Assembly: GCA_018830885.1 (NCBI GenBank)
Contig: JAHJRI010000073.1
Location: forward strand, 180-64,179
Reading direction: 5' to 3'
Length of the DNA stretch: 64,000 bases
From: a bacterium
GTDB lineage: Bacteria; SAR324; XYD2-FULL-50-16
Shown: positions 29,601-37,579 of the stretch, one piece after another
How positions within the stretch are numbered: position 1 is the first letter of the stretch
Layout: the number at the start of each line of letters is the position of its first letter
Translations under genes and position numbers: made by a program
Notes under the pieces: generated by a model
Databases searched by the model: none
What the model was told of the DNA's origin: nothing
Seen by the model: only the letters and a program-made list of their open reading frames with translations

Positions 29601-30006
29601 CCACCGGGGCAGCGAGCAGATATGCCAGGGGAAGATTGGCCCCGTTTTTACCGTTACGGTGGCTGTGGGAAAGGAGCTGGCAGAGGTTGAAGTATCCCCG
29701 GTGGGTCCGGGCGTAGAGGACCAGTGTGTCCTGGAAGTAGACCGGCAGATCGTGATCCCCTGCCAGGTGGATCTCCGCCCCATAGTGGAGTTTCAGGTCC
29801 ATGGCTCTGTTTTCCCGCCGCATCTCCCGGCGATCGCCATAGGCCCTGGCAATTCCATAAACGCCGTCATAATCGGCGATGCCCAGGCTCCGGTATCCCA
29901 GCCGGTCCGCCCGGTTCACCAGCTCCCGGGGATGGGAGGCCCCGGTCAGGAACGAAAAATTGGTGTGGCAGATCCATTCGTGCCAGTGATTAACCAAAGA
30001 TGCCAT
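26698..30006 (-). CDS. dnaE2: Error-prone DNA polymerase III alpha-like subunit DnaE2 (ImuC)
   Basis: ~1102 aa from the ATG at 30006 (MASLVNHWHEWICHTNFSFLTGASHP, a PHP-domain start). Polymerase core segments include GRGSAANSAICYVLGIT and PDIDVDF, and there is an OB-fold C-terminus. The 5' extension in the ORF track overlaps imuB and is discounted. Confidence 0.9.
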   Translation of the reverse strand: MASLVNHWHEWICHTNFSFLTGASHPRELVNRADRLGYRSLGIADYDGVYGIARAYGDRREMRRENRAMDLKLHYGAEIHLAGDHDLPVYFQDTLVLYARTHRGYFNLCQLLSHSHRNGKNGANLPLAYLLAAPVADLVAIQPMRGLIRRQAGQDLKQLRERFGKIKTHFDNRLYFAVSRHLNQVEDRWIEPTQALARSLNSPVVFSQDVFFADRSQKDISDLLHAIRHNRTLDEIPEQLFVNSRRCLHSLVSLQKIYGSLPGAETALRNSADLAASFDFDLNELTYHYPKEMIPDGYTAQSYLAHLVWKMAGQRFGTPLPEKIERLLNHELDLVEKLTFADYFLTVWDIVTWARSRKILCQGRGSAANSAICYVLGITAVDPDRFDLLFERFISVERGDPPDIDVDFENGRREEVIRYIYDRYGRSRAAMVCNVITFKSRGAIRFTGKALGVPEVLIDRVSKALGTLTARTQTTDEVMAGIRQQTEGDDRVPALPAHTWNWWITLSERILSFPRFLGIHSGGFMLADKDLDWLVPREPATMEGRTVIQWSKEDVEALGFFKIDILALGMLTAIRKCFELLQAHYGKVLSLATIPPEDRETYRMIQRADTIGVFQIESTAQQASLPVLKPLNFYDLVVQVAIIRPGPILAGVKHPYLRRRNGLEPVVYADKRLEPILKRTYGTIIFQEQLMRVAIAIGNFTPGEANEIRKNIGSFSAKGNIGRWVVKLTQGMVENGISPAFIQEVIKQIQGFSSYGFPESHAASFALLAYASCYLKCHYPAPFFAALLNSQPMGFYQPDTLVKTARRSGVPILPVCVNRSDWDATLEGVPSDSSAPRFGIRLGLNMVTGLSQSAARASVAKRSAVGGWPDLETFLAGCSLTRTDLTALAAANALQVFGLDRKSAIWLAESPRYRHYLKGENFQFTLTPEEIEKEERVWFEEETEMETVEADYRATGTSLGRHFSRLIKEQAWVYPVPAEQVVTSAGISKIQANRTICVFGMVLVRQSPGTAKKMLFITLEDEYGTIQVVIRPHVYVRYDRVIEEQRFLCVTGKLQRQDGAVSVLVSHVFSPELKRAAVIPLEQKETYDRLNQSETTRIRNYL

Positions 30007-31534
30007 GCTGATACCAGTTTCCCGCCGAGTCCTGAAAAATCCAGGTGGCGTTGCCGTCTGGATCGATATGCTTGAAATAGTTGCGTTCGATGGCGGCGGG
30101 CTCCCCTTTCTGCCACCATTTGTCCAGGGTACTTTCCAGAAAACAGCCCCGGGTCTTCCGCTCAACCCCTGCCAGGAGCAGCGGCTGACTGCGGATATAC
30201 AGGGGCCGCTCTTCCGCCACCGCATCCAGGGAGCGCTGCATGTCCGCAGACGGGTTTTCCGTTTCCCTCCAGGCCAGTTCCCGGCTGTTGTATGAGTCCT
30301 CGGGCAGCCAGTCCCTGCGGGTTGAAAAGCGGTTCAGGGCAACCGGCAGCTCATTTTCCAGACGCAGCAGGATATCCAGATCCCCCTCTTTCTCGGCGAT
30401 GCCCCCGAAAATATCGAAAAAGACATTGGGCACCACCAAGGTCTCTGAAAGAACCAGTTCCCAGTTGGACAGGGGCGGCACAGCGGCCGTTTCGTCACTC
30501 CCGGATGACGGTGGAAATTTCTCCCGGGCGGCAGCCTCAAACGCGTAGTTCGCCTGCAACAGGGTGGTGCGGTGGTTTCCGGACTCTCCCAGCAGATCGT
30601 GGGGATTTCTGAAACGAATGGGAACATGCAGGCGGCTCAGGTCCTCGAAGGTCACAAACCAGTCGATACGGCTGACCCGCTCTCCGCTTTTGTCCAGGCA
30701 GAGACACAGTTTGTCCAGGTCTTCATTCAACTGGGGTGCCACCTGTTCCCAGCGTTCCAGGGCGTACTCCAGGCAGCGCCGGATCAGCGGGGACTCCCGG
30801 AAACGGAAGCCCCGCCAGGGAAATCCGGTCCGGTACAGAAACAGGGCTGCATGCTCACTGCCACCATCCACCAGGGCGGTTTCCGGGGATCCGCCGGAAT
30901 GCCTGTCGAAAGTCCAACGCCAGATCAGACCCAGTTCCGGTCCAAACCGTTTTTTGACCCCGGTCTCGTTGAGGATATGCATCTCTACGGGACGACGGAA
31001 ACCCAGGCGGGTCATCCCCAGCTTCAACCGATGACACTGCTTGCGGAATTTGGCCGGCTTGAAACCCCGGGTCTTTGCGGCCAGAAAGTGGTCGCTGATG
31101 ACGGACATTCCCCGCCACCAGCATTCCCAGCTTATGGACTGCAGCAGCGTCTGTCCGAACCGGCTCTGCTGGGGGACCAGTCCCCGGATGTTCTTTGACT
31201 GCATACCATACAGCATCAGCACCGCCAGCCAGGGATTGACCGCACAACTGGCACGATAGGCGGGTGAGATGGGGGTGACCTTTTCCCGGTCCGAAACCGC
31301 CGGCATATCAAAAACCTGGTCCAGGGCGGTCCGCCAGAGACGAATGACCGAGGAATCCGCTGTCTGTGCCCGGGTCTGCCAGTAATGGAAAAAGGGGGAG
31401 ATGTCCATTATCCAGATGTCTCCGGACCAGCGCATCACCTGGGTGGTCAGAAACTGAAGATTTTCCCGCTCCTCGGTTTCGGTCTCCAGCGCCATGTAAA
31501 CCCGGGACGGGCTGAGACTGGCTTGCCCGGTCAT
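29990..31534 (-). CDS. imuB: ImuB-like protein (divergent Y-family-polymerase-like mutasome subunit)
   Basis: 514 aa, immediately upstream of dnaE2 and overlapping it by 17 nt, with an SD-like AGGAGA 7 nt before the ATG. The call rests mainly on synteny and size; sequence motifs are weak by eye. Confidence 0.5.
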   Translation of the reverse strand: MTGQASLSPSRVYMALETETEERENLQFLTTQVMRWSGDIWIMDISPFFHYWQTRAQTADSSVIRLWRTALDQVFDMPAVSDREKVTPISPAYRASCAVNPWLAVLMLYGMQSKNIRGLVPQQSRFGQTLLQSISWECWWRGMSVISDHFLAAKTRGFKPAKFRKQCHRLKLGMTRLGFRRPVEMHILNETGVKKRFGPELGLIWRWTFDRHSGGSPETALVDGGSEHAALFLYRTGFPWRGFRFRESPLIRRCLEYALERWEQVAPQLNEDLDKLCLCLDKSGERVSRIDWFVTFEDLSRLHVPIRFRNPHDLLGESGNHRTTLLQANYAFEAAAREKFPPSSGSDETAAVPPLSNWELVLSETLVVPNVFFDIFGGIAEKEGDLDILLRLENELPVALNRFSTRRDWLPEDSYNSRELAWRETENPSADMQRSLDAVAEERPLYIRSQPLLLAGVERKTRGCFLESTLDKWWQKGEPAAIERNYFKHIDPDGNATWIFQDSAGNWYQHGIFG

Positions 31535-31663
31535 TTCGATTCTCCTGTATCAATGACCAGCCAGCTTGCCGGTAAACCACTGCAGAAAATGCGCTTGTCT
31601 GTATAACGGGTCATTCATCCTTCCACAAAATGTCTCAACCAAAAAAAACAACCATCCAGCTAA

Positions 31664-31693
31664 ATAGTAAACATATGTTCTCCTTTTTGGCAA
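31664..31693 (-). promoter_or_regulatory. Putative sigma70 promoter with SOS-box-like operator upstream of imuB
   Basis: On the minus strand: TTGCCA-18 nt-TACTAT. The spacer contains GAGAACATATGTTTAC (Cheo-box-like GAAC-N4-GTTT). The architecture is nearly identical to 35386-35414. Confidence 0.55.
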
Positions 31694-31731
31694 TAAAAAA
31701 GCACTCCTGAAAATTCTGAGTCAATGCCGTT

Positions 31732-31875
31732 AACTGAGGTATCCGCTGCTTATTAAGCGCTAACGGTTCCGGTTTTCAAGAACCTTGGAGGCCAGGGATG
31801 GCGCCCCGGAGCTCCAGGAGGGATTAATGCGTTTCTTGAAAATCGGAACTGTTGGTGCGGAACCATTTGCTTCAG
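31732..31875 (-). repeat. Family-A' repeat, second copy
   Basis: CAATGCCGTTAACTGAGG..., core AAGAACCTTGGAGGCCAGGGATGGCGCCCCGGAGCTCCAGG, and distal TGGTGCGGAACCATTTGCTTCAG. It matches 21185-21350. Confidence 0.8.
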
Positions 31876-31891
31876 TTGATGACAATGATTT

Positions 31892-32160
31892 GTATCTTTT
31901 AAGCAACAACCGGTCATTTTTCGGTTGTTGTTTGAGAATTGAGGCGGGCTGCAGGTCCTCTGGAAAGCTATTCAGCTATTCAGGTTCAGCTATAGAAGCT
32001 AAGACCGGTATGTTATTGAACTCATTCTCGACGGCCATCCATGGCCGTCTTCCGAGGGCGGTCGTTAACATCGCCTTCATGGCGATGATTAACCACTCCC
32101 AATCCGTTCAATTACATACCGGTCTCAACTTCTGCTTAGATAAAATGCTGAATAATTACA
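31892..32160 (+). repeat. Family-C structured repeat (full length)
   Basis: Head hairpin AAGCAACAACCggtcatttttcGGTTGTTG, then GAGGCGGGCTGCAGG and GGAAAGCTATTCAG. Internal hairpins: GACGGCCATccATGGCCGTC and GTTAACATCGCCttcatGGCGATGATTAAC. Long-range pair: GACCGGTATGTTATTGAAC / GTTCAATTACATACCGGTC. Confidence 0.8.
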
Positions 32161-32220
32161 ATGAATTCTGAGTAAAAGTCCGGAGGTTTCGGACCGGCGG
32201 TCGGCGAGGGGATGCTGCGG

Positions 32221-32859
32221 CTATTTTTTCATCTTCTTGATGATCTCTTTTTCAATCGCGGTATATGCCTCCTCCGGTGAAATCTTCAGGGTTGCCAGCA
32301 CCTCCGCAAAGGTTGATTCATCGCCTTTGCAGAGGTAATCAAGGACATTCAGACACTTCAACAGAGAGTGGGTTTCCGTCTTCATTCCGATTCTGTATAA
32401 TGTCATCAGCCGTGCGACGCTGAAATAGTTGACCGTCCCCTGACCAAGACTGTCTTCATTGTCCTCGGTCTCCTCGTCATCATCATCCGAGTCTGTTAAC
32501 GCCGCCTTTGCTTCCTCTGCATCCCTGGCATCCAGGTAATCCACCATGACATTGCCAAAGGTGTGCATGGGAAACCCCAGAAACCCACTGGCAGCAATAA
32601 AATTTCTCAATGATTTGGTCGACTCCAGACCGAAATCCATATTTGTCATGCCCAGCAGTTTGATGAGCTTTTCAATCTTGCCTTTGGGAATGCCGGCTCG
32701 ACCCAGCTCAAACCTTGAGACCACCTGGCTGGCGGTATTTTCCTTGTATCCGAGCTGTACCCCCAGTTCCTTTCTGGACATGCCTTTCTCCAACCGCAGA
32801 CGCTCGACGATCTTACCCACTTTTTTTCGGAACGCCTCTTTCTGTTTCTTTTCCATCAC
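32221..32859 (-). CDS. XRE-family helix-turn-helix protein with acidic linker and C-terminal helical domain
   Basis: 212 aa with the HTH region LRLEKGMSRKELGVQLGYKENTASQVVSRFELGR and the acidic run DSDDDDEETEDNED. No S24 peptidase motifs. Confidence 0.6.
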   Translation of the reverse strand: MMEKKQKEAFRKKVGKIVERLRLEKGMSRKELGVQLGYKENTASQVVSRFELGRAGIPKGKIEKLIKLLGMTNMDFGLESTKSLRNFIAASGFLGFPMHTFGNVMVDYLDARDAEEAKAALTDSDDDDEETEDNEDSLGQGTVNYFSVARLMTLYRIGMKTETHSLLKCLNVLDYLCKGDESTFAEVLATLKISPEEAYTAIEKEIIKKMKK

Positions 32860-33293
32860 ACCTCTTTTTGTCCAGTGAATGTTTATTTTTGTTTATATTT
32901 GTTCCGGATGCCGGCAATCCACCGGATATACTTGCGCCGATTCGCCCATCCCCGCCAACCAGGCATTATGGCCAGCGGCCGGTTTTTCGATATTCAGCTA
33001 TCCCCGTCAACGGGTTCAACACGCTGCTGCCCGGCGCCATCTCAAGTGGAGATTCCGTTTTCCGGAGAAGAAGGGTAATGTCGATTTTTTGATCGAAGCC
33101 GGCAGAGCACTGCCACCCGTGGGTTCCATTGGGATGGGGGGAAATGGTCCTGAATAATCTTCCGGGCATGACCAGATAAAACAAAAATAAAACAAAATAT
33201 TGTTGACAAAATGTTTATTATTCGTTCATATTAGAATTGTAGAAACGGTTTATCATGTAAAAACTAAACAAAAATTATAACCTGGAGAAATGT

Positions 33294-33875
33294 ATGTCAA
33301 CAGAAACTCTTGTGGATCAATTTAAAAAAAACAACGCTCTCATGATTGAGAACTGTTGGCAGGCTGCTGAGGGAATTTCGGATGCAACTGAAAAATTTAC
33401 GGAAAAGTTTTTTGACGCCATTCCCAACCTTCCTGAGGAAAACAAACTCTGGATCAGCGATTGGAAAAAATTCAACAAACAGGGTTTGGCAAGTTTTAAA
33501 CAAACTTTAAACACAATGACGGATACTTCAGTTGCGGAAAAAACGCCCCGGGGCTATCTACGCGCATCGCTGGATTCCCTTGGAAATCATGTTGATCAGT
33601 TATTTGAGCAGGTATCCCAGGTTCGGGAGCAGGGTGAAAAATATCTGGACAAAATCACCGCGCAAATTCCGGAACCGGGGAAACAATGGGCCAAGCAATG
33701 GACCCAGGCAACCGGGAACGGAATTGAAGAATTAAAAGCCGTGATCAGCAAGAATATTGAACTGACGAGTCAGTTCGCCGGGGCCGTTGTTGATTCATCG
33801 TCAACCCCGGTCAAGCCGGAACCGGCCAAACCGCAGGCAGCAACGAAAACCGCTGCAAAAACCGGAAACAAGTAG
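33294..33875 (+). CDS. Phasin-like protein (tentative)
   Basis: 193 aa, predicted all-helical and Cys-poor, with a C-terminal P/A/K-rich tail (PVKPEPAKPQAATKTAAKTGNK) like PHA-granule proteins. The assignment is weak. Confidence 0.35.
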   Translation: MSTETLVDQFKKNNALMIENCWQAAEGISDATEKFTEKFFDAIPNLPEENKLWISDWKKFNKQGLASFKQTLNTMTDTSVAEKTPRGYLRASLDSLGNHVDQLFEQVSQVREQGEKYLDKITAQIPEPGKQWAKQWTQATGNGIEELKAVISKNIELTSQFAGAVVDSSSTPVKPEPAKPQAATKTAAKTGNK

Positions 33876-33979
33876 ATGTACCGTGGAGAGGCAATTCCAG
33901 GTGTCTTTGCCGGTCTGAAGAACGGAAAGCACCTGGCCATCTCTTCTGGAAGAAGGGCATAAAGGCAGGGACAGGCAGG

Positions 33980-34555
33980 TCAGGCGTTGACCTTTTTCAA
34001 CAGCCAGGCCATGTTTTCACCCAGGATCTTCATGATATTCATGCCTTCCGCATCCTTTTCCACGTCTCCCGGCTCCCGTCCGATGGAGACGTTCCAGTAG
34101 CATGAACCGGGGATAAACATCTGCCCGTAGAGAAAGAAATGGTTCAGGGCATCGAAGGTGGTGACGGCGCCAGCCCGCCGGACGGCCACGACTGCTGCCC
34201 CGACTTTGTGTTTGAACAGGCCGCCATTGGCGGTCCCGACCAGTCCCGCCCGATCGATCAGGGCCTTCGTTTCGGCGGTCATGTTTGAAAAATAGACCGG
34301 GGATCCCAGGATGATGCCGTCTGCCTGCACCATCTTGTCCAGGCACTCATTCAGCACATCGTTATCCACCGAACAGTGTTTATCCAGGTTTTTGAAGCAT
34401 TTGTAGCACGCGCTGCAGCCCCTGATTTTCTTACCGCCCAATTGCACCAGTTCGGTTTCGATACCCTCCTTTTCCAGCACGTCGAACACTTTATGGATGA
34501 GAATCTGTGTGTTTCCCTTTTTCCGGGGACTGCCATTAAATGCAACAACCTTCAT
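33980..34555 (-). CDS. Iron-sulfur flavoprotein (Isf-like, NADPH-dependent FMN reductase fold)
   Basis: 191 aa with MKVVAFNGSPRKKGNT (FMN-reductase start) and the compact cluster motif CSACYKCFKNLDKHC (Cx2Cx2Cx7C). Confidence 0.7.
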   Translation of the reverse strand: MKVVAFNGSPRKKGNTQILIHKVFDVLEKEGIETELVQLGGKKIRGCSACYKCFKNLDKHCSVDNDVLNECLDKMVQADGIILGSPVYFSNMTAETKALIDRAGLVGTANGGLFKHKVGAAVVAVRRAGAVTTFDALNHFFLYGQMFIPGSCYWNVSIGREPGDVEKDAEGMNIMKILGENMAWLLKKVNA

Positions 34556-34612
34556 AATTACCTCCTGACTGTTTCTGATGAACCACTTTTTCCAAAGACA
34601 CAGCCATTTTGT

Positions 34613-35338
34613 TTACAGAGATTGGAACAAGTTGTCAATCGGACCCGGGGGTACGACAACCGCATGGGTTCCGTACAGGGGGCTCATCTCTGCGTCGCTG
34701 ATGGAGAGCTCGCGGCGGGAGAGTCCCCGAATCACCCGGATCATCAACGTTCCCGAAGGATACCGTTTCCAGCAGTTCATCCGCAGGCTTGCCCAGATAT
34801 TTCCCTGCCGGTTGGAGAGGAAAAAGTCTCTCAGCAGCATCACCAGTTGACGGTTCTGCCGGGCCTGCCGGCTGACGAAAAAGCACTCTTCCCGGGTGAA
34901 TTTGCGGGGGGAGTCCAGAATGATCAGTTTGAAGATGGGATTGCTGATGGCCAGTTTCAGATCCCGCAGGGGTCTGTCGGATTGGGCGAAGACAATCCAG
35001 GCCGGGGAGACCCCCCTGGCAAACCAGGCCGGTGGAAAGACACGAAAGGTTTCGTGGGAGGATATCCACAGGGTCCACAGGGGTTTTGTCCGGATGCCCC
35101 GGGTTGCATTGACCACGAATTTCAGTGCCAGTATCCGCCCCTCTTTCCCGAGGGGCATACCAAATTCGGTAATGCTGCCAAAAGGCAGACCCCCCTCCAA
35201 AAATTCATCGACCCGATCCACACAGGAGGCGAGCCTCTCCAACTGAAGACCCGACCCCCCCCTGACCAGGTTTAACCCTGAATGCCGGGCGGATATATCG
35301 CTGAGAAGGGTGCGGGTTTTGTCATCCATGGATGTCAT
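34613..35338 (-). CDS. imuA: ImuA-like (RecA/SulA-fold) mutasome protein
   Basis: 241 aa. It has VDEFLEGGLPFGSITEFGMPLGKEGRILALKF (degenerate RecA-like P-loop region) and LIILDSP, is GC-rich like imuB/dnaE2, and shares their promoter/operator. Confidence 0.6.
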   Translation of the reverse strand: MTSMDDKTRTLLSDISARHSGLNLVRGGSGLQLERLASCVDRVDEFLEGGLPFGSITEFGMPLGKEGRILALKFVVNATRGIRTKPLWTLWISSHETFRVFPPAWFARGVSPAWIVFAQSDRPLRDLKLAISNPIFKLIILDSPRKFTREECFFVSRQARQNRQLVMLLRDFFLSNRQGNIWASLRMNCWKRYPSGTLMIRVIRGLSRRELSISDAEMSPLYGTHAVVVPPGPIDNLFQSL

Positions 35339-35385
35339 GCTTGGTCTGTGTCACGTTTCCGGATAAAAGGGGATCGATAGTCCTG

Positions 35386-35414
35386 ATGGTAAACGTATGT
35401 ACTCTGTTTTGCAA
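35386..35414 (-). promoter_or_regulatory. Putative sigma70 promoter with SOS-box-like operator upstream of imuA
   Basis: On the minus strand: TTGCAA-17 nt-TACCAT. The spacer contains GAGTACATACGTTTAC. The -10 lies about 47 nt upstream of the imuA ATG. Confidence 0.55.
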
Positions 35415-35517
35415 GCAAAAACCCTCCCCCCTGATCAACCCCTTGACAATTCAGCTGGTTTCTGGAGAATTGGCGAAAAGATGTCCCACAGGACCGGTTC
35501 ATGAATGACCAGGTAAA

Positions 35518-35730
35518 ATGAAATTTGATGTCTACGGCAGAAGGATTGACGTTTTCAGGCGCAACGCCCGGTGGTGTGTGTTTGAAGCTGGCAGTGACGG
35601 TAAAAAGCGTATAGCGGGTGATCTCCGGATTCCGGCGGCTGTCGGGGAGGATGAATTGCTTGATTATCTGGCAGACTTATGTCACGAATGGTCCCGGCAG
35701 GGTCATGACCGGGTTGTCAGAGTGAAGTGA
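35518..35730 (+). CDS. Small hypothetical protein (70 aa)
   Basis: ORF divergent from imuA with no recognisable motif. It is followed by a 12-bp-stem hairpin (35729-35740 / 35782-35793). Confidence 0.3.
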   Translation: MKFDVYGRRIDVFRRNARWCVFEAGSDGKKRIAGDLRIPAAVGEDELLDYLADLCHEWSRQGHDRVVRVK

Positions 35731-35814
35731 TCCGCAACCGTGGCTGTAGCCGATGATGCAGACTGGAAGCTGTGTCGGCAACGGTTGCGGATCCGATCTG
35801 GCAAGGGTAGGCGG

Positions 35815-37554
35815 TTATCTTTTACCTTTACTTTGCGGGGGAAACGATACCGTCAACTGTTGCTTACGGGGTTTGACCACGGTTTTCTTGAGCGCTTCTG
35901 AGATATTCAGGGAGTAGTCACCAATCCTTTCAAAGTTTTTGATAATCTCCATGAACAGCATCTCCCGCTGGACCTGTCCACTTTCGATGATTCTGTTGAC
36001 AGAACTCTCTCTCAGGGTATCCCTGGAGTCATCAATTTTGATCTCGTGTTCAATGGCGACCCTCAGATCGGCACCCCGAAGTTCTGCATCCTGCAGATTT
36101 TCAATATTGAACAGAATAAACTCAATCACTTCATCGGCAAAATCGCGAATTTCCTGGTTGGCGGTGGGGTGCAGTTCGATCTTATCATTGTACCGTTTCT
36201 GTACCAGCAGAATGAGGTCATAACAGCAATCCGCAATACTTTCCAGTTCGTTGACAATCCTCATCAAAGAAATCACCATGGTGGCACTTTTATCGGTCAG
36301 TTTTTCGCTGGATATCTTGCCCAGGAAAACGGTCAACTCATTCTTCATGGCATCAGAAATATCCTCTTGTAATTTCAGCGTCTTGACGGAGTCTCCCATG
36401 TCGTTCTGGGGGTTGAAAAAGACCTCCAGGAAAGTCTGAAACATATTGTGCCCGATAATCGCCATTTTTATGATTTCCGTTCTGGCTTCATAAATATACA
36501 TTTCAGGGCTTCTTAAAATAGCGGTGGCGATATAAGGCAGACGGTATATCGCTTTTTCAGCATCCAGCTCCTCCTGGGTTGGTTTGACCAGTTTTTCCAC
36601 CAGCTTTGCAATGTGGGGGACAAATGCAATCAGTAAAACGATGTTGGTCAGATTAAACAGGGTATGAAAGGCAGACAGGTGAAAGGGGATATTGGCGGCT
36701 ATGGCCGGGTCTCCGGGAACCAGGTAGTCGATGAATTTTATAAAACCGTGAAAAAAGATCAGCATCCAGATCACACCGATCATATTAAAAACGAAATGGG
36801 CCCTTGCTGCCCGTTTTGCCTCGGTATTAGCCCCCAGCGCCGCCAGGTAGGCAGTGATCGTCGTGCCGATGTTTTCTCCCAGGACGATTGAAGCTGCTAT
36901 CGGAAAGTCTATCCAACCCTGATAGGCCATGGCCACGGTTACGGCCCCTGCCGCACTGGATGACTGAACAATAATCGTGATCAGAATACCGACAATGATA
37001 AACAGCACAATGGAGGCATAGCCCATGTTGGTATAGGATGCCAGAAACTCAAGTATTTCCGGATTGCTTTTGATATCGGGGACTGATTTTTTAAGTAATC
37101 CCAGTCCCATGAACAGCAGTCCAAACCCAACCAGGAATTCACCCGTGTTCTGCCATTTGCTGATTTTGGAAAAGGTGAAGGGGATACCGATACCGATGAC
37201 GGGAATCGATATGGCCGAGAGGCTCACTTTGAACCCGAAGATGGAAACGATCCAGATGGTTACGGTTGTGCCAAGGTTGGCGCCCATGATGACACCAATG
37301 GACTCGGTCAGTGTCAGCAGACCGGCGTTGACAAAGCTGACGACCATGACGGTGGTTGCGGACGACGACTGAATGACCGTGGTGATGAAAAAACCGGTCA
37401 GAACCCCCAGGAAACGGTTTCGGGTTACAAACCGCATGGAGGCCCGCAGCCTGTCGCCCGTCAGGAGCTGGATGGCCTCGCTCATGCGTTTCATACCGTA
37501 GAAAAAAATGCCTAAACTGCCAAGGACCTGTAAAACCTGGACTATATAATTCAT
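35815..37554 (-). CDS. Na/Pi cotransporter family protein with C-terminal PhoU-like domains
   Basis: ~579 aa from the ATG at 37554 (MNYIVQVLQVLGSLGIFFYGM). Duplicated QSSSATT / QSSSAAG motifs. The longer ORF-track start runs into repeat A and is rejected. Confidence 0.8.
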   Translation of the reverse strand: MNYIVQVLQVLGSLGIFFYGMKRMSEAIQLLTGDRLRASMRFVTRNRFLGVLTGFFITTVIQSSSATTVMVVSFVNAGLLTLTESIGVIMGANLGTTVTIWIVSIFGFKVSLSAISIPVIGIGIPFTFSKISKWQNTGEFLVGFGLLFMGLGLLKKSVPDIKSNPEILEFLASYTNMGYASIVLFIIVGILITIIVQSSSAAGAVTVAMAYQGWIDFPIAASIVLGENIGTTITAYLAALGANTEAKRAARAHFVFNMIGVIWMLIFFHGFIKFIDYLVPGDPAIAANIPFHLSAFHTLFNLTNIVLLIAFVPHIAKLVEKLVKPTQEELDAEKAIYRLPYIATAILRSPEMYIYEARTEIIKMAIIGHNMFQTFLEVFFNPQNDMGDSVKTLKLQEDISDAMKNELTVFLGKISSEKLTDKSATMVISLMRIVNELESIADCCYDLILLVQKRYNDKIELHPTANQEIRDFADEVIEFILFNIENLQDAELRGADLRVAIEHEIKIDDSRDTLRESSVNRIIESGQVQREMLFMEIIKNFERIGDYSLNISEALKKTVVKPRKQQLTVSFPPQSKGKR

Positions 37555-37579
37555 GGGGTATCCGTCTGTTTTGACTATA

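Noticed and set aside
26806-30075. Very long alternate-frame ORFs inside dnaE2/imuB (for example 26806-28689 +, 627 aa; 27188-28501 -, 437 aa; 29017-30075 +, 352 aa).
   Set aside because: Their products are Arg/Gly/Pro-rich low-complexity translations with no motifs. They lie entirely inside a gene with clear DnaE2 motifs. Long open alternate frames are expected in GC-rich DNA.
30007-30225. 73-codon N-terminal extension of dnaE2 given by the ORF track.
   Set aside because: The extension overlaps the imuB 3' end and reads as junk (MRWRKSGPCISAV...). The PHP-domain start MASLVNHWHEW begins at the ATG at 30006.
33897-33936. Imperfect hairpin between the convergent phasin-like and Isf genes, considered as a bidirectional terminator.
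   Set aside because: The stem has two bulges and there is no U-tract on either strand, so the evidence is too weak to list as a feature.
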